Below, piece by piece: positions 41,410-51,550 of a DNA stretch of 64,000 nt. Source of the DNA: Spirochaetia bacterium. Its GTDB lineage: Bacteria; Spirochaetota; Spirochaetia; SP-2023. The notes beneath the pieces are model-generated. The model worked only from the letters and a program-made list of their open reading frames with translations. It had not been told where the DNA came from and ran no database searches. The stretch lies in contig CBDDCK010000001.1 in the NCBI GenBank assembly GCA_965225855.1, forward strand, positions 32,001 through 96,000, given 5' to 3'. The stretch's first letter is position 1. Every line of letters begins with the position of its first letter. The translations under genes were made by a program, and so were the position numbers.

Positions 41410-42264
41410 CTACCTTTGTGATATTTTTTGTTCCAATGATTTGACTGCGATGGAAAGCGCAAAGGTCATAGTAAAATAAATGACTGTAACTCCCAGCCAA
41501 GGTTCAAAAGGGAGAAAGGTTTGTTCTTGTATACTTTGGGCACTACGCGATAATTCAAAAACACCAATGGCACTGGCTAGTGCTGAATCTTTAATTAAAC
41601 TAACCCCTTGATTTGCTAAAACGGGCAGAGCATTGCGTATGGCTTGGGGCTGAATCACCAAAAGTTGCGTTTGCAGATGGCTTAGCCCTAAAGCTGTCGC
41701 TGCTCGATTTTGACTCATTTTGATATTTTCAATGGCATTGCGAATAATTTCTCCAGTATAAGCACCTTCAAACAGGCTTAAAACCAGCAAAGCCGTTAGA
41801 AACGAGCTTAGACCAAATAAGGGGGAAAGCATAAAATAGCCTACATATAACTGTACTAACAATGGGGTATTGCGTATCAATAAAATATAGGTTTGGGCGA
41901 ATAACCTAGCACTCGGTACAGAAGAAAGTCGTAGTAAAGCGGTGAGATAGCCAATGATCAGAGTAAGAATTAAAGCTATGGCAGAGAGTTTTAAAGTTTG
42001 CAATAACCCCCAAAAGAAAGGGCCTGGGGCTTCTTTACTCCAAAAGTAACTAGGAATTTGCCGCCACTGAATGCGAATCGGTAGCTGGGCGATTAACACC
42101 ATACCCAATAACAGGAAAATCCCGCTAACGAATAAAAATTCTAGGGTAAAACTCAGAATGGGTTGCTTCCTCTCCCAACTAAGCCATTGCTGGTAAAAGG
42201 AAATTTTATGATGGCTTTTCGTATTCATATTCATAAGCGGGAAGGTTGGAGGAAAATGGCGCAA
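41410..42264 (-). CDS. Amino-acid ABC permease
   Basis: IRNTPLLVQL, GAYTGEIIR, LIKDSALAS; start uncertain. Confidence 0.9.
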   Translation of the reverse strand: MRHFPPTFPLMNMNTKSHHKISFYQQWLSWERKQPILSFTLEFLFVSGIFLLLGMVLIAQLPIRIQWRQIPSYFWSKEAPGPFFWGLLQTLKLSAIALILTLIIGYLTALLRLSSVPSARLFAQTYILLIRNTPLLVQLYVGYFMLSPLFGLSSFLTALLVLSLFEGAYTGEIIRNAIENIKMSQNRAATALGLSHLQTQLLVIQPQAIRNALPVLANQGVSLIKDSALASAIGVFELSRSAQSIQEQTFLPFEPWLGVTVIYFTMTFALSIAVKSLEQKISQR

Positions 42265-42597
42265 GAATGTTTTTGTACCACAATAGGCTACGAAAGGCTA
42301 TCAATGGAATTTATATGCTTCATTGTATCAAAATGCTACCATTCGATCAAGGAGATTAACTAATTTAAGGCATAAAATTTTTGTGATGTTTGGCTGTAGG
42401 TGATCCGGAACATGATAACTGAACGGGATAAGACGCGATAACTCGGGATTTTTTTGGGGACAAATGGAAGGTAAAAATTGGCTTACTTTCCAAAATAAAA
42501 AGGTAAAAAATTTTTGTTTTTTGGCATATGGGTCATTGTCGGCAGTAATTGGGCAACAATATGCTTTCAAAATATCATGGTAACGGGCCACGGTCTC

Positions 42598-42663
42598 AAA
42601 AAGCTAGTAAGGTTTCTGAAAAAAGCTAGTAAGGTTTTGACTGAAAACCTTACTAGCTTTTTT
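42598..42663. repeat. Direct plus inverted repeat (AAAAAGCTAGTAAGGTTT x3; 20-bp perfect hairpin)
   Basis: Direct copies 22 bp apart; arms 42619-42638 and 42644-42663 around the loop GACTG. Confidence 0.85.
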
Positions 42664-42781
42664 GATTGGCAACCTAGGGATTTTCCAACAAACCCGATCA
42701 ACACTGTATAGCCAAAGTTGTTTGCTTGAAGAGCCCCAGCTAAATAAAGAGAAGCCCATATAGCCCAAGCTAAAGTACCCA

Positions 42782-42938
42782 AACACAAAAAAAGTGCCCC
42801 AAACACAAAAAAAGCACAAAAAAACTTACAAAAAGCCTTATAAAGGCCTTGACGCAACACCCCCCCTAGCAAAATGGGGCGCTGTACACTAGCCCGTATG
42901 GGTTGGTTAATCTTTACCCATTTTTGGAGGTATTGCTT
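42782..42938 (+). promoter_or_regulatory. Promoter/leader of lipoprotein paralogue 2: phased A-tracts, TTGACG-N15(C7)-CAAAAT
   Basis: -35 at 42849-42854, C7 at 42860-42866, putative -10 at 42870-42875; homologous to 25745-25911. Confidence 0.6.
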
Positions 42939-44759
42939 ATGTATAAGCTCAAACTACTTTTATTGCCTGTAGCCTGGCTACTGGCCTTTATGGCCTTTGC
43001 CTGCGCCCCACCCGATGACAACGATGACAATGGTGCGCCGTCTTCTGGGCCGACTATCAATAACGCCATCTACGACTTTGCTACGGCTCTGTTAACCGTA
43101 CAAGGTACTGACTTAAGTCCTACAGAAGCGCAAATCCAAACCATCGTAGTAGATGGTGTAGCCTTAAGTTCCTATACTGCAGATGCTAAACCCACTGGGC
43201 CAGATAGTAGCGGTCTTGCAGAAGGTAAGTACCGTATGAAAAGCGATGGCACAGCGCTTTGGCTTAGACTTACCAATCAACATAAATCTACTCTGAATGG
43301 CAAGGTGGGTAGCAATGGTCTAAAAAAAGGGTTGCTTAGCGTTGGCTCTGGTGCTTGGGCGGGTTTAAATACAGCCAAAGACTTAACCGTTAGGAATATA
43401 CCCGATAAGCAGTCTAAAGTATCCGATGACAATCAGCCATCTAAGCAAACTGAAGAAGCTGAACAAGACGAACAAGCTGAAGAAGTCGAACAAGCTGAAG
43501 ATAAGCAGTCGCCTGAACTACCCGAAGCCGAACAAACCGAAGAAGTCGAACAAACCGAAGAAGTCGAACAAGCTGAAGATAAGCAGTCGCCTAAGCAACC
43601 TAAAGACGAACAAGTCGAACAAGCTGAAGAAGAGTCGCCTGAACTACCCGAAGCTGCAATTACCCGTGCAACCTACAATGTTATTTTAGGCTTGTTAGTG
43701 ATTACAGGTACTAATTTACCAGCAGCAGTTGCAAGATGGGACTTTAGCAAATTGACGCTTGTATCCGGTGATGGTACTAATAGATACACATTACCCCGGC
43801 CAGAAAAAGAAGCCGTAGGTTTTGAAAGTAGAAACAGAGCCATAGGTTCTAATGCAAGTACAACAGGCTTACAGATTACTTTAATTGGTAGTGTAAAAGC
43901 GGAAGCCGAGAAGATACTGGTTAACGATGGTGTTCGTGATGCTAATGGTGCATACAACCTGGAAGCAGCAGCAGGATTTGCAGGTGGTAGCGCTGAAGAC
44001 ACAACCAACTCGATTACCGTTAGCGGGTATACAGCCAGCATCACCGAAGTAGACTACAATGCTAATACAGGCGAGTTATCTATTAGAGGTATCAAGTTAC
44101 CGAGAGCAGTTGCAGACTGGGACTTTAGCAAATTGACGCTTGTATCCGGTGATGGTAGTAAGAGATACCCATTACCCCGGCACGAAACTGCAGGTGAAAA
44201 CACAGCCACAGGTTCTCGTGCAGGTACAACCTACTTAAGTATTACTTTAAGCGGTAGTGTAAAAGCGGAAGCCGAGAAGATACTGGTTAAGGAAGGTGTT
44301 CGTGATGCTAATGGTGCATACAACCTGGAAGCAGCAGCAGAATTTTTACCTGGTAGCGCAGAAGACCTAACCAACCCGATTACCGTTAGCGGGTATACAG
44401 CCAGCATCAGCTCCGTAACCTACGATGCTTATTTAGGCGAGTTAACTATTAGAGGTATCAGGTTACCGAGAGCAGTTACAGACTGGGACTTTAGCAAATT
44501 GACGATTGTATCCGGTGATGGTAGTAAGAGATACCCATTACCCCGGCACTCAACTGCAGGTGCAAACAGAGCCACAGGTTCTCGTGCAGATGCAACAAGA
44601 TTAACGATTACTTTAAGCGGTAATGTAAAAGCCAAAGTCAATGTTATACTGGTTAAGATTGGTAAAAGTGATAATGCTGGTGCATATAACCTGGAAGCAG
44701 CAGCAGAATTTGTATCTGGTAGTCCAGAAGACCTAACCACTAGTATTAATGTTATATAA
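42939..44759 (+). CDS. Modular surface lipoprotein (A-linker-B-B-B), paralogue of 25912..28056
   Basis: Near-identical signal peptide and lipobox, one A module, E/Q linker, three B modules. Confidence 0.85.
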   Translation: MYKLKLLLLPVAWLLAFMAFACAPPDDNDDNGAPSSGPTINNAIYDFATALLTVQGTDLSPTEAQIQTIVVDGVALSSYTADAKPTGPDSSGLAEGKYRMKSDGTALWLRLTNQHKSTLNGKVGSNGLKKGLLSVGSGAWAGLNTAKDLTVRNIPDKQSKVSDDNQPSKQTEEAEQDEQAEEVEQAEDKQSPELPEAEQTEEVEQTEEVEQAEDKQSPKQPKDEQVEQAEEESPELPEAAITRATYNVILGLLVITGTNLPAAVARWDFSKLTLVSGDGTNRYTLPRPEKEAVGFESRNRAIGSNASTTGLQITLIGSVKAEAEKILVNDGVRDANGAYNLEAAAGFAGGSAEDTTNSITVSGYTASITEVDYNANTGELSIRGIKLPRAVADWDFSKLTLVSGDGSKRYPLPRHETAGENTATGSRAGTTYLSITLSGSVKAEAEKILVKEGVRDANGAYNLEAAAEFLPGSAEDLTNPITVSGYTASISSVTYDAYLGELTIRGIRLPRAVTDWDFSKLTIVSGDGSKRYPLPRHSTAGANRATGSRADATRLTITLSGNVKAKVNVILVKIGKSDNAGAYNLEAAAEFVSGSPEDLTTSINVI

Positions 44760-44824
44760 GGTAGGGTTTGGTTTAACTGCGCTTGCATTGGCCTATTGTT
44801 AGCCCTTAGAGAATATGCTTAGTG

Positions 44825-44869
44825 GGCAAGCAAGGTTTGGGCTTTAGGCCAAGCTTTGCTTGCCTTTTT
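44825..44869 (+). terminator. Intrinsic terminator-like hairpin
   Basis: GGCAAGCAAGGTTTGG..CCAAGCTTTGCTTGCC followed by TTTTT. Confidence 0.7.
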
Positions 44870-45008
44870 GGGGTTTTGAACGTTTTTGCCCTACTTCATG
44901 TCTCGTATCAGATTGCCCCTATCTGTCCTGGTAAGATAAGAACTTTCATTTGTAGTATCTGTTTCCCCCTCTTTAACACAGAGGGGATTTTCATGTTTAT
45001 GATAACTG

Positions 45009-46367
45009 TCATTTTTTCATTAGGTTACTTTGTTGGGCATACCATGCTGCCCCACATGCAGCTTCTTCTGGCACATCTGAAATAATCAGTCTGGACTCAA
45101 AAACTTTTTCAATCATCTGAACAACAATCGGATTCCGGCGGATTGCATTGCCGGAACCAACAATATGCGAATAAATTTTATCTGTACCCGACAAACCGCT
45201 AGCCTGCCATAGAGTGTATAATTCTTGTACCATGGCTTCTATAAAACCATAGAGAAAAGGAACAACTCGGAAATTCTCCGCTCCAATATTGAGAATCGCT
45301 CCCCTTATACTCGGTTGTTCTCGAGTTCCATAAAAATATGGCTCAACTTTAAGCCGGTGCTCTGGCAACTCTTCTATTTTATTCCATTGGCAAGTTTGTT
45401 CATAAATTATCTGATAGATTTCTTTTTTGTGTACTTTATGGCCAAAAAATGCCAAAACTTCCTTAAAAAATTCTGCCAAAAGATCCAAAGATTTTCCACC
45501 AGAAAGTGTCGCACCTACAGCCAATTGGCCAGAAGGATAAGGTCGAAGCTCCATACCTTGTAAACTTTTTCTCGGTGGTTCTAAATTTTCCAACAAAAAA
45601 GAAATCTGCCCACTGGTTCCCAAATTCAACAATAAATTCGCATTTTGTTGATGTTGCATCGCACCATAAAAACTAGCTTGATTATCCCCTAAAGATTGAA
45701 ACACAGGAATATCTTCTTGGTCCGTCCCCACTTGATGGTGAAAGGGCACCAGCCGAGGCAAAAAGTCGCTACTATGCCACAGTTTTTTAATATCCTTAAA
45801 AAGGAATACTCGATTTTTTACGTCATATAGACCAAAACTAGCCGCTTCGCTTGGGTCTATACAAACTTGCGAACTGCAACAGAGCTTCATCGTTAAGTAG
45901 CCACCAATGGAGACGATACGACAGGCACTTTCTGGAACTAACTTTTTATAATAGTTGTAGTAATGAGTGGCTAACGCATAACCGGGAAAAATATTATGAC
46001 CCGTCTTTTCCTGTATCAAATGTTGCACTGTAACAGAGCTATCTTGCTCCAAAGGTATTGCAGCTCGGCTATCTTGCCAAGTAAATAACGGGCTACAGGC
46101 GTTGCCCTCTCTGGTAACATACAGAAAGCCGTGCATCTGGCCACTAATTCCAATAGATATAATTGGCTCATTTATTTGTTGTTTTAGTTGGTCAATAACT
46201 CTAAAAGCAGTTTCTAAAATTATGTTGGGGTCTTGCAAATGTTCCCAAGAATGAATGCTAGGTAATATTGCTTTACTATTTTCAGAAAGTACTTTTACCA
46301 ATTTATCATCAAAAAGCAACACGCCAGCAATTTTGGTTGTGCCAATATCTATACCCAACAAATACAT
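45009..46367 (-). CDS. FGGY carbohydrate kinase, sedoheptulokinase-like
   Basis: LGIDIGTT, SGQMHG, TWQD, GYALATHYY, LGDNQASF, NLGTSGQIS, GSGNAIRRN. Confidence 0.75.
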   Translation of the reverse strand: MYLLGIDIGTTKIAGVLLFDDKLVKVLSENSKAILPSIHSWEHLQDPNIILETAFRVIDQLKQQINEPIISIGISGQMHGFLYVTREGNACSPLFTWQDSRAAIPLEQDSSVTVQHLIQEKTGHNIFPGYALATHYYNYYKKLVPESACRIVSIGGYLTMKLCCSSQVCIDPSEAASFGLYDVKNRVFLFKDIKKLWHSSDFLPRLVPFHHQVGTDQEDIPVFQSLGDNQASFYGAMQHQQNANLLLNLGTSGQISFLLENLEPPRKSLQGMELRPYPSGQLAVGATLSGGKSLDLLAEFFKEVLAFFGHKVHKKEIYQIIYEQTCQWNKIEELPEHRLKVEPYFYGTREQPSIRGAILNIGAENFRVVPFLYGFIEAMVQELYTLWQASGLSGTDKIYSHIVGSGNAIRRNPIVVQMIEKVFESRLIISDVPEEAACGAAWYAQQSNLMKK

Positions 46368-46455
46368 TCGTCAACTGCTCCTAGGTAATCATTACGGTAA
46401 ATCGGACAAACCCCAAAATTCATAATTTCATGGCAACATAATCCATAAAATTATG

Positions 46456-47118
46456 TTATACAAAGTGGCCTAATTTATGGTAGTCTTCAACGATAGGAAA
46501 TAGAATATCTTCATCTTCTTCAATTACAGGAAAACGTCTGGTTTTATTGTCGCAAAACACATTGTCGGCATTATCGTCATTGACGGTACTAACTTCGCCT
46601 ATCAATGCCACATGCTCTAACGGCCCAAATTTATGGGTATACAATGGCGGTAATGTCAAACTTTGACCACTGTGTAAAAGAAGCTGTTCTTTGCTTTTCA
46701 ATGTACGCTCTATACTGTCGACTGCTATAGTTACGGGCATATCTGGTTGTTTCTCATGATAAATTTGAAAAACTATATCATGCCTGCCACGATTAATAAT
46801 ATCTTCTGTTTTCTGAATATGATGATGGTACGGACATACTTGGCCAGGCTGCATTACAATAATTTTTTCACAATAGGCTCTTGGGGTATTTTGTATTCCA
46901 TTACGTATAGTAAACAAAACCAGACCATCTGTAGCAAAATTGTGGCCGCTGTCAGTAACATCCCAACCTAAGCAGCGCGCAAATATCTCCCGGCAATATT
47001 CACTATTATTACGCCAGTCTTGCCAAGACCATTTAGCCCATTCCGGCAGGTAAAATTGAGAACAATCTAAAAATTTAATGGTTTCCGTTAAAATACGATT
47101 AATCTCGCTGCGTTTCAT
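46456..47118 (-). CDS. D-lyxose/D-mannose family sugar isomerase
   Basis: MKRSEIN, LGWDVTD, LFTIRNG, YCEK, PYHHH..KTEDIINRG, GEVSTVNDD..DNVF, RFPVIEEDE. Confidence 0.88.
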   Translation of the reverse strand: MKRSEINRILTETIKFLDCSQFYLPEWAKWSWQDWRNNSEYCREIFARCLGWDVTDSGHNFATDGLVLFTIRNGIQNTPRAYCEKIIVMQPGQVCPYHHHIQKTEDIINRGRHDIVFQIYHEKQPDMPVTIAVDSIERTLKSKEQLLLHSGQSLTLPPLYTHKFGPLEHVALIGEVSTVNDDNADNVFCDNKTRRFPVIEEDEDILFPIVEDYHKLGHFV

Positions 47119-47129
47119 TTTTATACAAA

Positions 47130-47301
47130 GCTCCTGATTTTTGATAAAATTTTGTAATACCTCCGATGGTTCTGCACTCGCCGGTATTGATTATATTCTG
47201 TAAACTAAGCTGAGCTGCAGCATGCCCTAACTGCAATGTAGCAAAAAGAATTATATTCTTGATGAACTCCATATAAAAAAGCCACAGTAAAAAGCATCTC
47301 C
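47130..47301 (-). pseudogene. PfkB-family sugar kinase C-terminal remnant
   Basis: Across frameshifts reads GDAF.CGF/LYGVHQEY/LFATLQLGHAAAQLSL, resembling the PfkB C-terminal signature. Confidence 0.55.
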
Positions 47302-47424
47302 CAAAAGCGGACTCTAAAAGAAGGGCAACATCTTGAATCAGACTCTGATTTTTCCAAAAATATCAAGAAAATGCACTTTTACAAAGGCTACAATAACAGG
47401 CGATTGGAAAGATTTCCAAGATTT

Positions 47425-48369
47425 TTAAGCGACCCCCTTGTTTCGTAGTTTATCGACAATAACCGCAATCACAATAACGAAACCTTTTACTACAGATTGC
47501 CAAAAATCAGATACCTGCATCAAAGTTAGACCATTGTCCAAAACGCCAATAATTAGAGCTCCCACTAGAGTCCCGCCAATACCGCCAATACCGCCAACAA
47601 AACTCGTGCCTCCAAGAATTACCGCAGCAATAGCATCTAATTCTGCTCCATTACCTAAAAAGCCATTAGCACTGTATAAACGACTAGAAATCATAACTCC
47701 TGCAAGTCCGGCACAAAGCCCACTAATCATATATACAATAACTAATACTTTTTTTACTGGAATGCCAGTCAAGCGGGCGGCTTCTATATTGCCGCCAATA
47801 GAATACACCCATATACCAAAAACAGTTTTTCGCAGGATAAACCAAAAAGCAACGACTAATAGCAATGAAATAATAATCAGCCAGGAAACCCCCAATATTT
47901 TAGAATTAGCAATCCAAGCAAAATTTAAGTTGTTATTGATTACCGTTGTTCCGTTGGCTAACAAAAATGCAGCTCCTCTATAAGAAGTCAAACCACCAAG
48001 AGTCACAATAAAGGGAGATAACTTAACATATGCGATTAATATTCCAACTATAACACCAATTACCCCGCCAAGACCAATCGCAACTAAGGGAGCTAACGGG
48101 GTTACCGTGGATGTCAACATGGCCATAACCGCAGTCATGGCCATTAAAGACCCTACAGATAAGTCAATCCCTCCGGTTAAAATTACAATTGTCATTCCAC
48201 TGGCAAGAACAATATTAATGGCTGTCTGGATAAATACATTTTCAATATTATTCACAAACAGAAAATTTTCATTCATAAGGCTGAATAATAATGAGATTAA
48301 CAATAAAACCGGAAACATTCCCATTTTTTTTAGGACACCCACAATATTATCTTGATTCATTATTTTCAT
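47425..48369 (-). CDS. Sugar ABC permease (RbsC-like)
   Basis: GMTIVILTGGIDLSVGS, IGGNIEAARLTGI, ELDAIAAVILGGTS. Confidence 0.92.
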   Translation of the reverse strand: MKIMNQDNIVGVLKKMGMFPVLLLISLLFSLMNENFLFVNNIENVFIQTAINIVLASGMTIVILTGGIDLSVGSLMAMTAVMAMLTSTVTPLAPLVAIGLGGVIGVIVGILIAYVKLSPFIVTLGGLTSYRGAAFLLANGTTVINNNLNFAWIANSKILGVSWLIIISLLLVVAFWFILRKTVFGIWVYSIGGNIEAARLTGIPVKKVLVIVYMISGLCAGLAGVMISSRLYSANGFLGNGAELDAIAAVILGGTSFVGGIGGIGGTLVGALIIGVLDNGLTLMQVSDFWQSVVKGFVIVIAVIVDKLRNKGVA

Positions 48370-49876
48370 AACTTGATCCTTGGTTACCAGTAGTACACAA
48401 ATGCATTATATATTCCTGCTTGAAATTCTCTTTCTTATTAATATCCCCAACTATTTGTCCTTCCCGCATTACTAATATCCTCTCTGAAAGATGTAATATT
48501 TCTGGCAATTCACTAGAAATAAAGATAACCAGAGTATTAACTTGAACAATTTTCCGAATCATTTTATAGATTTCTTGCTTTGCCCCTACATCTATCCCTC
48601 TGGTTGGTTCATCTAATATGAGAATATCCGGCTTTATATTCAGCCATCTGGAAAACAATATTTTTTGTTGATTCCCACCAGAAAGATCGCGCGGGTTTTT
48701 TTCTAAAGTGGTTCTAATGTTTAAATCACTTATATTTCTTTTTGCCATTGCCGTATTCTTAACTTGATTCAAAAAAAGTCTCATATAAGAATGAGCTACT
48801 TGCTTATTTTGAACTAAATTTTCCACCGTAGTCATATCTAAAAATAAGCCCTGTATTTTTCGGTCTTCAGGTACCATACCGATTTTATATCCCATGGCAT
48901 CAATCGGTGAAGAAATTTGTAAAAGATTTCCATCAAGACATATTTTTCCGCTTTTCTTTTTATCTGCGCCAAAAATTAATCTGGCCAGCTCGCTCCTTCC
49001 GGCACCAACTAAACCAAATAAACCAATTAACATTCCCGATGATAATTTTAAATTAACATTCTGAATAAAACCTTTTGCATCACATAGATTTTCTAACTCT
49101 AAAGTAAATTTCTTACCTTGGGAGAATGATTGATTTTTAGCATCTTCATAAAATGAAGATAAACTCCGCCCAACCATCATATTAATAATATGATTGACAT
49201 CGGTTACACCGGCCTCACCGATGTATTCCCCATCTCGCAGCACCGCAACTCTGTTTGCAATTTGCTGAATTTCGTCCATCTTATGGCTAATGTATATAAT
49301 GGTTATCCCATGTTCCCGTAACTTCCTAATGAGTCGGAACAAGTTTTCAACCTCCTTATTGCTAAGAGAGGCAGTGGGTTCGTCCATTATAATGAGACTG
49401 CTATTGTGAGAAATGATTCGTGCAATTTCTACTAATTGTTGTTGAGCGACACTCAGCTCGCCAGCGATTTCGTAAGAAGAAAAATTGGCATTTAGATTTT
49501 CTAGTAATTGATCTGCGACCTCATACATTTTCTTCCTATTTAAAATCCCCAAATAACTTCGTTCCTGCCCCATAAAAATGTTTTCCATAACGCTGATATT
49601 AGGCGCAATGCTTAATTCTTGATAGACGAGCGAAACACCAACAGCTTTAGCATAAGCCAAATGAAACATTTCATACGGCTTACCTTTAAAAATCACCTGC
49701 CCTGCATCCGGTGGATAAAGCCCAGCAACAACCTTCATCAAGGTACTCTTGCCAGCCCCATTTTCACCGGACAAGGCAAGCACTTCCCCTTTGTAAACAT
49801 CAAAAGAAACATTGTTTAAAACCCGAACTTTACCAAAACTTTTGGATATATTGCGAATACTTAACAACTTTTCCAC
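48347..49876 (-). CDS. Sugar ABC ATP-binding protein (RbsA-like)
   Basis: GENGAGKSTLMK, DEPTASL, LSGGNQQK, DEPTRGIDVGAK. Confidence 0.93.
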   Translation of the reverse strand: MEKLLSIRNISKSFGKVRVLNNVSFDVYKGEVLALSGENGAGKSTLMKVVAGLYPPDAGQVIFKGKPYEMFHLAYAKAVGVSLVYQELSIAPNISVMENIFMGQERSYLGILNRKKMYEVADQLLENLNANFSSYEIAGELSVAQQQLVEIARIISHNSSLIIMDEPTASLSNKEVENLFRLIRKLREHGITIIYISHKMDEIQQIANRVAVLRDGEYIGEAGVTDVNHIINMMVGRSLSSFYEDAKNQSFSQGKKFTLELENLCDAKGFIQNVNLKLSSGMLIGLFGLVGAGRSELARLIFGADKKKSGKICLDGNLLQISSPIDAMGYKIGMVPEDRKIQGLFLDMTTVENLVQNKQVAHSYMRLFLNQVKNTAMAKRNISDLNIRTTLEKNPRDLSGGNQQKILFSRWLNIKPDILILDEPTRGIDVGAKQEIYKMIRKIVQVNTLVIFISSELPEILHLSERILVMREGQIVGDINKKENFKQEYIMHLCTTGNQGSSYENNESR

Positions 49877-49913
49877 ATGGCTATCCTCCTTCTTTTCACA
49901 AACAGAACCGACA

Positions 49914-49944
49914 AAAACAAAAGTAGGGCGAAATATTTTCGCCC
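49914..49944 (-). terminator. Stem-loop between the SBP and ATPase genes
   Basis: Minus strand GGGCGAAA-ATA-TTTCGCCC then TACTTTTGTTTT. Confidence 0.55.
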
Positions 49945-49977
49945 GCCCTTATGAAATTAAGTTATTCTCAAACTATT

Positions 49978-50946
49978 TTATTTGGGAACAACCCAGCCTT
50001 TGTGCGAAGAGACATTACCTTTTGTAATTAGGGTAACGGGTATTTTAATCAGTTTTTTTTCTGGCTTTTTGCCATTCATAACCAAATTATAACCGATCTC
50101 CACTGCTTTTTCCGTCATAAAATTTGGGTCCTGCGCCGCAGAAGCTAGGAAAATAGAGGTGGGGTCTTTTAACGCAACCAGAGCATCGGGAGAACCATCA
50201 ACACCAACAACAAACATTTCATCTTCTCGGCCAGCCTGCTTAACGGCCAATTCCGCCCCGATTCCCGTTGGATCATTGATAGCAAATATCGCATCAATTT
50301 TTTGGAACGATGTCAATAAATCGGTCATAACTTTCAAGCCACCCTCACGGCTGCCACCAGCATTTTGGTTATCCGAAAGAATTTTAATATCGGGATATTT
50401 GGCAAAAACATCTTTTGCTCCTTTAACTCGATCGATAACTGAACTTACCGGCGGGCCATTGATAATAACCACATTCCCTTTACCATCCAGCTTATCTACA
50501 AGAAATTGCGCCGGTATCATACCAGCTTGGTAATTATCGGAAGTTACCGTGGCGTCTACACCGCCATCTGCGCCAACGTCTACAGCAATCACAACAATAC
50601 CGGCTGCTTTTGCTTTTCTGACTGCTGGGGCAATACCGGCTGTATCCGCCGAACCAAGAACGATCAATTTTGTACCGTTAGCAATGAAATTATCAATCTG
50701 CGAGACTTGTTTGCTCAAATCATAACCGCTAGAAAGTACGGTAAGTGAGCCTTTCTCATTGGTAAGCTCCTTAATCTTGGCTCTAGCTCCCTCTCCCATA
50801 GTATAAAAGAAAGGATTTGCCAGATCGCCTACCGTAAGCCCGACTTTAAATCCAGACGAAGAGCTGCTAGAGCCTTTCGCTAAAATATTACCAACAGTAT
50901 AAATGCATAAAATGCTCGCCAGCAATGCAATAAAAATTTTTCTCAT
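49978..50946 (-). CDS. Sugar ABC substrate-binding protein (RbsB-like)
   Basis: DLANPFF, TVTSDNYQAG, INGPPVSSVIDRVKG, FAINDPTGIGA, GVDGSPDA. Start MRKIF after GGAGGA. Confidence 0.92.
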   Translation of the reverse strand: MRKIFIALLASILCIYTVGNILAKGSSSSSSGFKVGLTVGDLANPFFYTMGEGARAKIKELTNEKGSLTVLSSGYDLSKQVSQIDNFIANGTKLIVLGSADTAGIAPAVRKAKAAGIVVIAVDVGADGGVDATVTSDNYQAGMIPAQFLVDKLDGKGNVVIINGPPVSSVIDRVKGAKDVFAKYPDIKILSDNQNAGGSREGGLKVMTDLLTSFQKIDAIFAINDPTGIGAELAVKQAGREDEMFVVGVDGSPDALVALKDPTSIFLASAAQDPNFMTEKAVEIGYNLVMNGKKPEKKLIKIPVTLITKGNVSSHKGWVVPK

Positions 50947-51232
50947 GGTTATTGTCCTCCATATTCCCAATCAAAATAAAAATACTCCGAAAAAAATATC
51001 AGAGCTTTGTAAGTCCAGAATGTATATAATGGGTTTTTCAGTTTGTCAAGTTTTATTTTTCAGTCAAATTGATTATATTTACGGTAAAAATAATTTGCCT
51101 ATAGTTTTTTACTGTAATCCATTGATTGACTATAGAAAATATTTCCGTTATTATTCTGCGCCATTTCTGGTATATTATAAGGGCTGAATTGTGTTTGCCC
51201 AATCTTTAATACCTGTTACTATGGAGTTTTCA

Positions 51233-51550
51233 ATGTATGCATTAATTGCAATAAAAGGCAAACAATATAAAGCTGTAAAAGGTGAAACCTTGCGAGTCGA
51301 TCTTTTTGCTGAAGAAGTTGGCACGAGCTTAGAATGTGATAAAGTTATGCTGATTTCTGATGGAAAAAAGAGTGTAGTTGGCCAACCTTATATTCAAGGA
51401 GCTAGTGTAAAGCTGTCTTTAGGTGAAGCCATAAAAGGGAAAAAAATTCGGGTCTTCAAATATAAGCGGCGCAAAAAATACCGTCTAACTAAGGGGCATC
51501 GTCAGCAATATAGTTTAGTAACGGTTGAGGATATTCAAGGAAGTACTTAG
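51233..51550 (+). CDS. rplU: 50S ribosomal protein L21
   Basis: MYALIAIKGKQYKA, VFKYKRRKKYRLTKGHRQ. Confidence 0.96.
   Translation: MYALIAIKGKQYKAVKGETLRVDLFAEEVGTSLECDKVMLISDGKKSVVGQPYIQGASVKLSLGEAIKGKKIRVFKYKRRKKYRLTKGHRQQYSLVTVEDIQGST

Noticed and set aside
42328..42872. Short ORFs between the ABC operon and lipoprotein 2
   Set aside because: They overlap repeats and promoter A-tracts; no recognisable family.
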